Origin: Acidobacteriota bacterium
GTDB lineage: Bacteria; Acidobacteriota; Thermoanaerobaculia; Thermoanaerobaculales; Sulfomarinibacteraceae
Assembly (NCBI GenBank): GCA_013152925.1
Contig: JAADFK010000037.1
Location: 12,076 to 76,075, forward strand
DNA: 64,000 bases
Direction: 5' to 3'
Numbering within the stretch: the stretch's first letter is position 1; each line of letters starts with the position of its first letter. The notes beneath the pieces were generated by a model. It was not told the DNA's origin. It worked only from the letters and a program-made list of their open reading frames with translations, and made no database searches. Positions 41,602-50,293 of the stretch are shown here, one piece after another. Position numbers and translations under genes: made by a program.

Positions 41602-42896
41602 GATGCGTTCTCCTTGGAGGTCGTGGAATCGGGGGTGGACGGTGGGGCGGCCGGTTGCAGCCGGCCGGTCAACAGGTCGATTTCCACCCTCAGCAGGTGG
41701 AGCTCGAGCCGCGCCTGGAGGTCCTCCAGCTCGGCGTCCTGGGCGTTCCGGCGAGCATCCAGCAGGTCGAGAATCGAGGTCTCGCCTTCCCGGTAGCTCA
41801 GCTCGGCAAGCCGGGTCGCCTCCCGTGCGGCGGGGAGAATCGTGCCGGTGAAACGAAGCGCGGTTTTTCGGGCGGCCTCGTAGCGGGCCGCCGCCGCATC
41901 CAGGCGCGAAAGCAGGTTCCGCCGGCGCTCCTCGACCCTGGCGAGAGCCATGCGATGCTCCGCATCGGCGGCGGCGACCGCCGGACGGTTCCGGTTCCAC
42001 AGAGGGACCTTGAGGGCGACGGCAAGGGAGGCGGAGCGGCTGTCATACTCCGTGGCCCAGTCCACCCGCGTGACAAAGGTCGGGAGGGACATGGAGCGCT
42101 GGAAAGCGGTTCGCGCTTCGGCCGCCCTGGCCCGTTGCAACTGGGCGGCCAGCTCTGGATTGGTCTCCATCACGGCGCCAGCCAGCGCTCCGGCATCGAT
42201 CGCCGGCGGCGTGCCGTTCAGGGGCAGCTCGAGCGTGAAGTGGGCCGGCAGGCGCTCCTTCGAGAGCCGGACGAGGGTGCTGGCCAGGGCGTCCCGCTCG
42301 GCCCTGGCCAGGTCCGCGCCGCGGCGGATTCGGCCGAGCTCGACCTCCATGCGAAGCCTCTCCAGCTCGCGGGCCTCCCCGAGCTCCACCTTGAGGGCGG
42401 TGAACTGGGCGAGGCTCCGCACCATCTCCACCTGGGACTCCAGCACCTCCACCCGGCGCTGCGCGGCGGAAAGCCGGAGCAGGAGGGCCCGAATCCGGGC
42501 GACGGTCCGCGCCCGGGTGCTGACCAGGTCGGCCGCCGCCACGGAGATCATCGCCTCGGCGGCCGTCGTGGCCTTGCCGTACTTCCAGGGCGCCGGAAGC
42601 TCCATCTCCAGGCCGATCCTCCATTCGGAATCCGACGCCGGACCATAGCGATCCTCGCCGCGGCCCCCGCCCAGATCCAGGGTCGGGTCCGGGAGACGGC
42701 GGACCTGCTTCAGGCGGGCCTCGGCGGCATCCACGGCGGCGGCGGCCGCCTCGATGGAAGGGAAGCCCTCCAGAACGGCCGCCTCCACCTGGGCCGATGT
42801 GAGCACCGGCTTCCCGGTTGGGGCGCCGGCGGCTGCGGAGGCCACGGCCACCGACACCAATACCAGCATGTTCAGTGATTTCGATACTCTTGTCAT
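41598..42896 (-). CDS. czcC: TolC-family outer-membrane efflux protein (CzcC-like)
   Basis: 432 aa with a signal peptide and two tandem OEP repeats rich in A/L/R/E. GGAGGG SD. Confidence 0.85.
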   Translation of the reverse strand: MTRVSKSLNMLVLVSVAVASAAAGAPTGKPVLTSAQVEAAVLEGFPSIEAAAAAVDAAEARLKQVRRLPDPTLDLGGGRGEDRYGPASDSEWRIGLEMELPAPWKYGKATTAAEAMISVAAADLVSTRARTVARIRALLLRLSAAQRRVEVLESQVEMVRSLAQFTALKVELGEARELERLRMEVELGRIRRGADLARAERDALASTLVRLSKERLPAHFTLELPLNGTPPAIDAGALAGAVMETNPELAAQLQRARAAEARTAFQRSMSLPTFVTRVDWATEYDSRSASLAVALKVPLWNRNRPAVAAADAEHRMALARVEERRRNLLSRLDAAAARYEAARKTALRFTGTILPAAREATRLAELSYREGETSILDLLDARRNAQDAELEDLQARLELHLLRVEIDLLTGRLQPAAPPSTPDSTTSKENAS

Positions 42897-42974
42897 GATC
42901 CCTCCGCGGGGGTCTCCGGCAGCGATACCCGCACCGGCTTCAGATCGTTCGATTGGAAGAGGCAGTGTGAGGAA

Positions 42975-43280
42975 TCAGGCGGAGCGGGGAGGCTCGCCTG
43001 GGAAGGGAAGGGAGGAGCCCTCCGGTATCGCCGGCACCGATGTCTCGACGAAGCTCAGGAGGGCCTCACCGCCACATACGGCGTGCTGCACGGGGATCCA
43101 GCTGGCATGGCACACGCAATGGCAGTCGGCCGGCACGTCACCGGGCGACGGCAAGGTGCTGGAGGGCAGGAGCGACAGCGCTCCACCGGAAGCGGCGTCC
43201 GGACAGGGGACGGCCACCCCTGCCATGGTGAGCAGGAGCAGTATCGCCGCGGCGGCCCGGATCCACGATCGCGTTCCCAT
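42975..43280 (-). CDS. small exported Cys/His-rich protein, first gene of the czc cluster
   Basis: 101 aa. Signal-like MGTRSWIRAAAAILLLLTMAGVAVPCP, then DCHCVCHASWIPVQHAVCGG. No family recalled with certainty. Confidence 0.5.
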   Translation of the reverse strand: MGTRSWIRAAAAILLLLTMAGVAVPCPDAASGGALSLLPSSTLPSPGDVPADCHCVCHASWIPVQHAVCGGEALLSFVETSVPAIPEGSSLPFPGEPPRSA

Positions 43281-43437
43281 CGTATGAGCAAACTAGCAAA
43301 GATCGTCGAATATTCCAAGCCCCGCCGCCGATGCCTGTGAAACGAGGTGAGGCGCGCGCGAGACTCGATCGCCGCCGTCGTGGGTGCTATGGTGGGGCGG
43401 TCAGCCCCGGAGCAGGAGGCTGCGGACCGGAGGGACG

Positions 43438-44520
43438 ATGTCACAACGGATGATCGAGCAGCTCATGGAGATGGTCCGGATCGACAGTGAATCCGGCAAC
43501 GAGTCCCGGTTTATCGAGTACCTCGCGGCCGAGCTTGAAAAGCTCGGGGCGGAGGCGGCCACGGACGCGTACGGAAACCTGATCGCCAGGCTCCCGGCCA
43601 AGGGAAGCGATGTCACCGAGCCGATCCTCCTCTCGTGCCACGCGGACACGGTCCAGCCGGGCGTTGGCATCGAACCGGTCCTGGAAGAGGGCGTCATCCG
43701 TTCGCGGGGAGATACGATCCTCGGGGCGGACGACAAGGCCGGGATCGCCGAGATGCTGGAGGCCCTCCGGGTGGCCCCGGTACGGCCCCCGGTGGAGATT
43801 GCCATCAGCCGCCAGGAAGAGGTGGGCCTGCTCGGCGTCAAGAATCTCGACTACTCGCGGATCACCGCGAGGCGCGGTTTCTTGCTGGACAACGACACCC
43901 TGGACACCATCGTCATCGGCGGCCCCAGCTACTTCGCCATCGACGTGTCCATCGCGGGCCGCTCGGCCCACGCGGGCATGGAGCCGGAGAAGGGGATCAA
44001 CGCCATCGTGGCGGCGGCGCGGGCCATCAGCGGGCTGAAGCTGGGGCGCCTGGACGCGGAGACAACCGCCAACGTGGGGGTGATCCACGGTGGAATCATC
44101 CGCAACGGCGTGCCGGACAGCTGCACTTTCCTGGCCGAGTGCCGCTCCCTGGACCACGAGAAGGCCCAGCGGCTGGCCGACGCCATGGTCGCCACCATCC
44201 GTGAGCGGGCGGAGACCACGGGCGCCACCGTGGAGATCACCGTGGACAACCTGTGCCGGGCGGTCAGCATCCCCGAGGACGCTCCAACCGTCGAGATCGC
44301 CAGGAAGGCGCTGAGGACGGCGGGTATCGAGGCGACGACGACCTTCATCACGGGCTTCACCGACGCCTCGATCTACAACAACCACGGGATCGAGATGGCC
44401 GTCGTCGGTATCGGCGCCCGTGAGGAGCACGCCACCACGGAGCACATCCACGTGGCCGACATGGAGCGGGCGCTGACCATGGTGGTGGAAATCCTCCGGC
44501 TTACCGGCGAGGGCGCCTGA
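43438..44520 (+). CDS. M20-family tripeptidase (PepT-like)
   Basis: ORF 43384..44520 trimmed to ATG 43438 (MSQRMIEQLMEMVRIDSESGNE...). Contains LLSCHADTV, GADDKAGIA, SRQEEVGLLG and SAHAGMEPEKG motifs. Confidence 0.85.
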   Translation: MSQRMIEQLMEMVRIDSESGNESRFIEYLAAELEKLGAEAATDAYGNLIARLPAKGSDVTEPILLSCHADTVQPGVGIEPVLEEGVIRSRGDTILGADDKAGIAEMLEALRVAPVRPPVEIAISRQEEVGLLGVKNLDYSRITARRGFLLDNDTLDTIVIGGPSYFAIDVSIAGRSAHAGMEPEKGINAIVAAARAISGLKLGRLDAETTANVGVIHGGIIRNGVPDSCTFLAECRSLDHEKAQRLADAMVATIRERAETTGATVEITVDNLCRAVSIPEDAPTVEIARKALRTAGIEATTTFITGFTDASIYNNHGIEMAVVGIGAREEHATTEHIHVADMERALTMVVEILRLTGEGA

Positions 44521-44547
44521 GCCGCAGCCCGGAAAGGAGGGGGACGC

Positions 44548-45183
44548 ATGAACCTCAGCGGGTTGACAGGACCACTGGGAATGGCCCTGGCCGGGTTCTT
44601 CGCCATCATGAACCCCATCGCCAACACGCCCATTTTCATCTCGGTCACCGCCGGCGACGACCGGGCCACCAAGAGGGCCGTGGCCCGGCGGAGCCTCTTC
44701 GTCGCCTTTCTCATCATCGCCGTCACGGTCGTGGCCGGCAACCAGATCTTCCGTCTCTTCGACATCACCCTGGGAACCCTGCGCATCACGGGTGGTCTGC
44801 TGGTCGTCCTGATCGGATTCCACATGCTCCAGGGCTCGGGCTCGGACGTCCATACGCCGAGTGAGGCGGACGTCGAATCCACGGAGCAGGCCCAGCTGGA
44901 CGTGGCCGTCTCTCCCCTGGCCATCCCCATCCTGGCCGGTCCCGGCACGATCGCCACGGCCATGAGCCTGGCGGCCGGGGGGTGGGCCCACGTGGTGGTC
45001 ACCCTTGTGGCCTTCACGGTCATCTGCCTCGTCACCTACGTGTGTTTCCTGGAGTCGGACCGGCTCGTCGACTTCCTCGGTCAGAACGGGCTCAACGTCA
45101 TCACGCGGCTCATGGGTTTGATCGTGGCCTCCATCGGGACGGGGATGGTCCTGGCGGGCCTCGGTTTGCACGCCGCGAGCTAG
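44548..45183 (+). CDS. MarC-family (UPF0056/NAAT) membrane protein
   Basis: 211 aa. FFAIMNPIANTPIFISVT ... RITGGLLVVLIGFHML. Confidence 0.88.
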   Translation: MNLSGLTGPLGMALAGFFAIMNPIANTPIFISVTAGDDRATKRAVARRSLFVAFLIIAVTVVAGNQIFRLFDITLGTLRITGGLLVVLIGFHMLQGSGSDVHTPSEADVESTEQAQLDVAVSPLAIPILAGPGTIATAMSLAAGGWAHVVVTLVAFTVICLVTYVCFLESDRLVDFLGQNGLNVITRLMGLIVASIGTGMVLAGLGLHAAS

Positions 45184-45410
45184 TTCCCGTCCAGAAACGG
45201 CGCTTCTCCTGCAATCTCGGCGTCAGCCCGCGGATGCGCTTGTGCGGCGTATCAGGGTGCGCCTCCGCGGAATACCTTCCTTGCCCGATCGTGCAGGAAA
45301 ACGCTCGCCTCTGCCCCGGGAGCCACGCCGTTCCCATTGGGGAACCAGGATGGGAACGGGCTGATCGGCCCGGGAGGGACCGCCACGGCGGCAGCTGAGG
45401 GGTTCGAGCG

Positions 45411-46235
45411 CTACACTCGGAGGAGGCTGAGGGGACGATGGCGGGGCGCCAGGCCCTCCTCGTGGGCCAGTCGCCAGAAGAGACGTGCGGCTTCGAGCTC
45501 CCTGGGCCCGGCGGTGTAGGTCAGGATCTCGCCCAGGTAACGGCGCGCGAGGTCCACGGGCCACCCGGCCCCGGCGGCGTGGTGTCCGGCGATCTCGGGG
45601 ATGCGCGCCAGGTTGCGGCGGAGGGTGGCGGCGAGCAGCTCCGGAAGCTCTCCGAGATCCGCGCCGGGCCGGGCCATCCACAGGGCGAAGACGAAGGGGA
45701 GCCCTGTCAGCTCCTTCCAGGCCTGGCCCAGGTCGACCTGGTACGGATAGAGCCCGGCCGGGGGCGCGGCGGCCACCACCTTGTCCCCGATCATCAGGAC
45801 GGCCTCCGGGAGCGGGCCATCGGGATCCCAGGCGGGGGGCCGCCTGGGCATCTCGGCGGGCAGCGTGCGAAGGGTGCGCCCGAAGCTCCTGGCGAAGAGA
45901 ATCCGGAGCAGCGCCACCGATGTGTGGCTGTCGCCGTCCACTTCGACCTCGCGGAGCGCGTCCAGCGGGACGCGGCTGAAGACCCGCACGGTCAGGGTCT
46001 CCCCGTCGCTGCCGATAGCCCCGGCGGGCAGGATCGCCAGCTCCTCGGGAGAGGTCTGGTAGTCGATGGCGGGACAGAGGGCCACATCCACCTCTCCGGA
46101 AAGCAGCCGGGCGATCAGCCGGGAGGGTACGTCGCGGACCAGCCGGACGCGCGGATCCGACTCCAGCCCCTCGACGAGGGGCCTGGCGTTGAGATAGCTG
46201 ACGACGCCGATGGCAGGACGGTTGGATCGCTCCAC
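45411..46235 (-). CDS. mqnA: chorismate dehydratase MqnA (futalosine menaquinone pathway)
   Basis: ORF 45411..46421 trimmed to GTG 46235 (VERSNRPAIGVVSYLNARPLVEGL...VPSRLIARLLSGEVDVALCPAIDY). The size (~274 aa) fits MqnA. MqnD is the alternative. Confidence 0.72.
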   Translation of the reverse strand: MERSNRPAIGVVSYLNARPLVEGLESDPRVRLVRDVPSRLIARLLSGEVDVALCPAIDYQTSPEELAILPAGAIGSDGETLTVRVFSRVPLDALREVEVDGDSHTSVALLRILFARSFGRTLRTLPAEMPRRPPAWDPDGPLPEAVLMIGDKVVAAAPPAGLYPYQVDLGQAWKELTGLPFVFALWMARPGADLGELPELLAATLRRNLARIPEIAGHHAAGAGWPVDLARRYLGEILTYTAGPRELEAARLFWRLAHEEGLAPRHRPLSLLRV

Positions 46236-46451
46236 GGAAGTCTCCCGGCCGGCCCGGCCGGGCCGGTGCGTACTGTAGCACGGCGGCGGTCCATGGCGCC
46301 GTCGGGGAGCACAACCGCCGCGCCGCCGCCAAGGAGGCCGTGGCCGCCGCACTCCACCTGAGCTGCTGATGGCTCCCTTCCCGCCATCCGGCGCCCTTGA
46401 CGGCCGGGCGGGGATCATCACTGAACCGGGCCGGGCCGTTGGCGGCGTGCC

Positions 46452-47786
46452 TCACTCTCCCAGCAGCGTCCGGATCTCCCCGGCGATCTTCTTCTCGTCG
46501 CCCTCGTCGAATCCCAGGTGGTAGTAGAGGATCCTGCCGCTGGCGTCGAGGATGAAGGAGGTTGGAAAAGCATGGACGCCGAAAAGACCGCCGACCACCG
46601 GATCTTCCGTGCGGTCCTCCAGGAGGAGGAAGCTCAACCCCTTCTTGGCGATAAACTTTTTCGACCGCTCCGTGTCGCGCGAGGCCTCCACGGCGACGAT
46701 CTTGAGCCCCTGGTCCCGGTACCTGGTGTACAGCTCTTGCAGACGCGGCAACTCCGCGCGGCAGCCGGGTCAGGTGGGGAACCAGAAGGCCAGCAGCGTG
46801 ACACGCCCGAGCTCCTTCGAGAAGGTGTGCTCCTCTCCCTGGTAGTCGGGCAGGGTGAAGTCGGCGGCCTCGCGGGACAGGACGCGCCGCATCTTGTGGA
46901 GGTAATCGTCGAGGCCCTTCTCCGAGCCGTTCTTCTTCTTCCAGGCGGTCTCGAGGTAGGCCATGGCCGTGGAGTCGCCGCCCATGACGGCATCGGGAGC
47001 CAGGAGCTCCATGGCACGATCCAACCGGCCCTGCTGGAGCGCAGCTCTGCCCTCGAACAGGGCCACGGGTACGAGGGACAGGCCCAGGAAGCTCCGTGGC
47101 GTGCGCTTCCTGGCGGCCGCGAAGAGCTCCTCGGCCTGCTCCGGCTTGCCCGTGTTGGCAAGCGCCCACGCCTTGTAGGTCATGGCCTCGGCCGCACGGC
47201 CGTCCACCTTGTGTTGCAGCTTTGCCGGACCGAGCTTCCGGCCCGGGTTGTCGGCCCTGACGGCCTCGGGCGTTGCCTGGGCCAGGGCGGCGTCGGCCCG
47301 CTGAAGGAGGAGCTGCCATTGCCTGTGCTTGGCAGCCACCTCCATGATGGATCCGTTCTCGTCGTAGCTCAGGGGACGTTCCTTCTCCACCTGGGCGATG
47401 GCGGCCGTGAGGTCCAGGGGCTGGTCCAGCTCCTTCGCCAGGGGGTAGGCGGTGAGCACGATCTCGAGATGCCGGCCGGGATCCCCGGTGGCCTGGAGGG
47501 CCGCCCGGACGGTGTCGAGGGCCCGCTGCTTCTCCCCGAGCCTGGTGCCACGGTTCTCCACCTCTACCCGGACGAAGGCGGGCGCGTGCTCACCGCCGGG
47601 GAACTCGGCCAGGTACCTCTCGGCGATGACCGCCTTGGCCTCGGGAGTCTCGGCGTCGTAGTAGGCCGACTTCGCCTCTTTGTAGGCCTTGGCCTCGGTT
47701 TGCCCTGGAGTCGTCTTCTTCGAGCAGGCTGGTGCTCCTGCCAGTACGAGGACCACGCTGGCCGCCAGCAGGGCTCGTGAACGCAT
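46452..47786 (-). CDS. lipoprotein with helical N-terminal domain and TlpA/redoxin-type thioredoxin fold; in-frame TGA (46770-46772) read as selenocysteine
   Basis: ORFs 46770..47900 and 46452..46751 share strand and frame. Joined they read ...GRVTLLAFWFPT-U-PGCRAELPRLQELYTRYRDQGLKIVAV... (UxxC in place of CxxC). ATG 47786 follows AAGGAG. Lipobox LAGAPAC. Confidence 0.7.
46738..46763 (-). other. candidate bacterial SECIS hairpin
   Basis: mRNA nt +7 to +32 after the UGA: UGC / C / GCGCGG-AGUUG-CCGCGU / CU / GCA. That is a 6-bp upper stem (one G-U), a 5-nt loop containing GU, and a 3-bp lower stem. Confidence 0.4.
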
Positions 47787-48356
47787 CTCGGGAGCTCCTT
47801 CCGGGAAATGGGAACCGGAGAGCGGTTCCCACGCTTGAACATGGGTCGAGTCTACCCCGGCGCTGCAAGGATCTCCACCCGTCATGGGCGCCAGGACCAC
47901 CTTCCGGCGAGCACGGCGCTGCGATGCAGCCCCACGCGGCCATCCACCGGGCCATGGGTGCTGCTTCCCTGGCGTTCAGCCGCCTCCTCGGCTGGCCCCA
48001 CCCACCTGGTACCCCGTCCCCTCCTGCTCCTGGCCAACCTCTTTCCCCCGACGCCAGCCATCCAGGCGTTCCTCCGGCTCAACCAGATGGGGGCGGAGCT
48101 CCACCGGGTCGCCCCCCTCTGGACCCTGCTCTGGGTCCAGGCTTTCGTCTACGGTTTCCGGGCCTGGTGACTGCTTCGCCGAAACATCCGGCAAGCTTGC
48201 TGATCGCTTCCGGGTGAAACCAGGTTTCGCGGCTCGAGCCGGGCCCGGCGCACCGTGCCCTGCGAGACTCGTGGGATTCGGAGGACGATGGTGCCACGAT
48301 CCCGGCGAGCGCGGCGCCGCGCGCGGTACCATGGGGACACGGAGATTGGAGGATCC

Positions 48357-50219
48357 ATGGGCGTGACGGTGATGTCGGAGTTCTTCCGCGGGCTGCTCTT
48401 CGAGCTGGAGCCGGACTACAGCCGGCCCCTGCTCCAGGTACCGCCGGAGTCGGCATCGCGGATGCGGGGGCGGCTCCGCTTTCTCTACGGGGCCGAGGCC
48501 GAGGACTGGGTGTGGCGCGAGCTGGAACGGCTGATGCGGGTTCACTTCGCCCACGAGACGCCGGAGCTGATCGACGCGGAGCGCCGCTTCGACCCGCGGG
48601 AGCGGTTCACCGAACGGGACGTGGTGCTGATCACCTACGGCGACATGATCGTCTCCAGGAACCGCCGGCCGCTCCGGACGCTCGCCGACTTCACGGAACG
48701 CTTCTTCCGCGGCCTGGTGACGACCCTGCACATCCTGCCCTTCTATCCCTACTCCTCGGATCGCGGCTTTTCCGTCATCTCCTACGAGGAGGTGGATCCG
48801 CGCCTGGGCTCGTGGGAGGAGATTGAGGAGCTGGAATCCCAGTTCACGCTGATGATGGACGCGGTGTTCAACCACGTCTCCTCCAGGAGCTACTGGTTCC
48901 GGCAGTTCCTGGACGGGGCGCCCGACTACCAGGATTTCTTCATCGTCTTCGACTCGAAGGCAGAGCTGGACGACGACCAGCTCCGGATGATCCTGAGGCC
49001 CCGGACGTCAAGCCCGCTGACGCCCTACCTGACCATCGACGGCCCCAAGTGGGTCTGGACCACCTTCTCTGCCGACCAGGTGGACCTCAACTTCAAGAAC
49101 CCGAAGGTGCTGCTCAAGGTCATCGAGATCCTGCTCTTCTACGTCCGCAAGGGCGCCGACCTGCTCCGGCTGGACGCCATCGCCTACCTGTGGTGCATCC
49201 TGGGAACGCCCTGCGCCCACCTGCGCCAGACCCACGAGACCGTCAAGCTGTTCCGCGACGTCCTGGACGTGGTCTCGCCCCACGTGGCCCTGATCACCGA
49301 GACCAACGTACCGCACAGGGACAACGTCAGCTACTTCGGCAACGGCCGGGACGAGGCGCAGATGGTGTACAACTTCGCCCTGCCGCCGCTGGTGCTCCAC
49401 GCCTTCATTACCGCGGACGCCCGGTACCTGACGGGGTGGGCGCGCGGCCTCGAGCCGCCGTCGGAGCTGACCTCCTTCTTCAACTTCCTCGATTCCCACG
49501 ATGGCATCGGCCTCCTGGGCGCGCGCGGGATTCTTCCCAATGAGGAGATCGACCGGCTGTGCCGGCACACCGAGGAGCGTGGCGGGAAGGTCTCCATGCG
49601 GGCCGACGGCGAGGAGGGGCAGACCCCCTACGAGCTCAACATCACCTGGTTCTCGGCCCTCGATCCGGGCGGCGATGAACCGGAGGAGTGGAAGATCGCC
49701 CGCTTCCTGGCCTCCCGTGCCGTGGCGCTGGTCCTCCGCGGCGTGCCGGGCATCTACCTGCCGGGCTTCTTCGGCTCCCGCAACGACCTGGAGGCCGTGC
49801 TGCGCGAGGGCTCCGCCCGGGCCATCAACCGTCCCGCCCTGGAGGAGGCCAAGCTGCTGGCCACCTTCTCCGATCTGGGCTCCGCCCATGCCCGCATCGC
49901 CCGAGGCTTCATCGACCTGTTGGAGCTGCGGACCGCCGATTCCGCCTTTCATCCCGGCGCCCCCCAGGAGGTGTTCGACCTCGACCCGCGGGTTTTCGCC
50001 GTCCTCCGCACGGCTCGCGACGGCTCCTCCCGCGTCCTCGTCCTGATCAACGTCTCCCCCGAACGGGTGCCCGTGCGGGTGCCGCTGGCGCAGAGCGGCC
50101 TGAAAGGCGCCGTCATGGACCTTATCGAGGGCCGTCGCTATGCCGAGACCGCCGCCGGCGGCCTCCAGCTCCAACTGGAACCCTTCGCCATCGTCTGGCT
50201 GACCGCCGGTGGGATGTAG
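48357..50219 (+). CDS. GH13 sugar phosphorylase (sucrose/glucosylglycerate phosphorylase-like)
   Basis: ORF 48255..50219 trimmed to ATG 48357. DVVLITYGDMI ... LHILPFYPYSSDRGFSVISYEEVDPRLGSWEEI ... MMDAVFNHVSSRSYWF ... LRLDAIAYLW. Confidence 0.85.
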   Translation: MGVTVMSEFFRGLLFELEPDYSRPLLQVPPESASRMRGRLRFLYGAEAEDWVWRELERLMRVHFAHETPELIDAERRFDPRERFTERDVVLITYGDMIVSRNRRPLRTLADFTERFFRGLVTTLHILPFYPYSSDRGFSVISYEEVDPRLGSWEEIEELESQFTLMMDAVFNHVSSRSYWFRQFLDGAPDYQDFFIVFDSKAELDDDQLRMILRPRTSSPLTPYLTIDGPKWVWTTFSADQVDLNFKNPKVLLKVIEILLFYVRKGADLLRLDAIAYLWCILGTPCAHLRQTHETVKLFRDVLDVVSPHVALITETNVPHRDNVSYFGNGRDEAQMVYNFALPPLVLHAFITADARYLTGWARGLEPPSELTSFFNFLDSHDGIGLLGARGILPNEEIDRLCRHTEERGGKVSMRADGEEGQTPYELNITWFSALDPGGDEPEEWKIARFLASRAVALVLRGVPGIYLPGFFGSRNDLEAVLREGSARAINRPALEEAKLLATFSDLGSAHARIARGFIDLLELRTADSAFHPGAPQEVFDLDPRVFAVLRTARDGSSRVLVLINVSPERVPVRVPLAQSGLKGAVMDLIEGRRYAETAAGGLQLQLEPFAIVWLTAGGM

Positions 50220-50293
50220 CGCGGGCGAGCGGCAACGTTGGGGAATGGCCAGTGTCGTTGTGGGCTGCCGCTGTCCCTGCCGTTTCTACCGAT

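Noticed and set aside
47958-48170. Possible small CDS in the 570-bp gap between the selenoprotein gene and the sugar phosphorylase gene (…PLLLLANLFPPTPAIQAFLRLNQMGAELHRVAPLWTLLWVQAFVYGFRAW)
   Set aside because: Third-position G/C is high in this frame, but the same positions serve minus-strand ORFs equally well. No clear start or SD, a P/R/S-rich upstream part, and no recognisable family. Left unannotated; worth a ribosome-profiling look.
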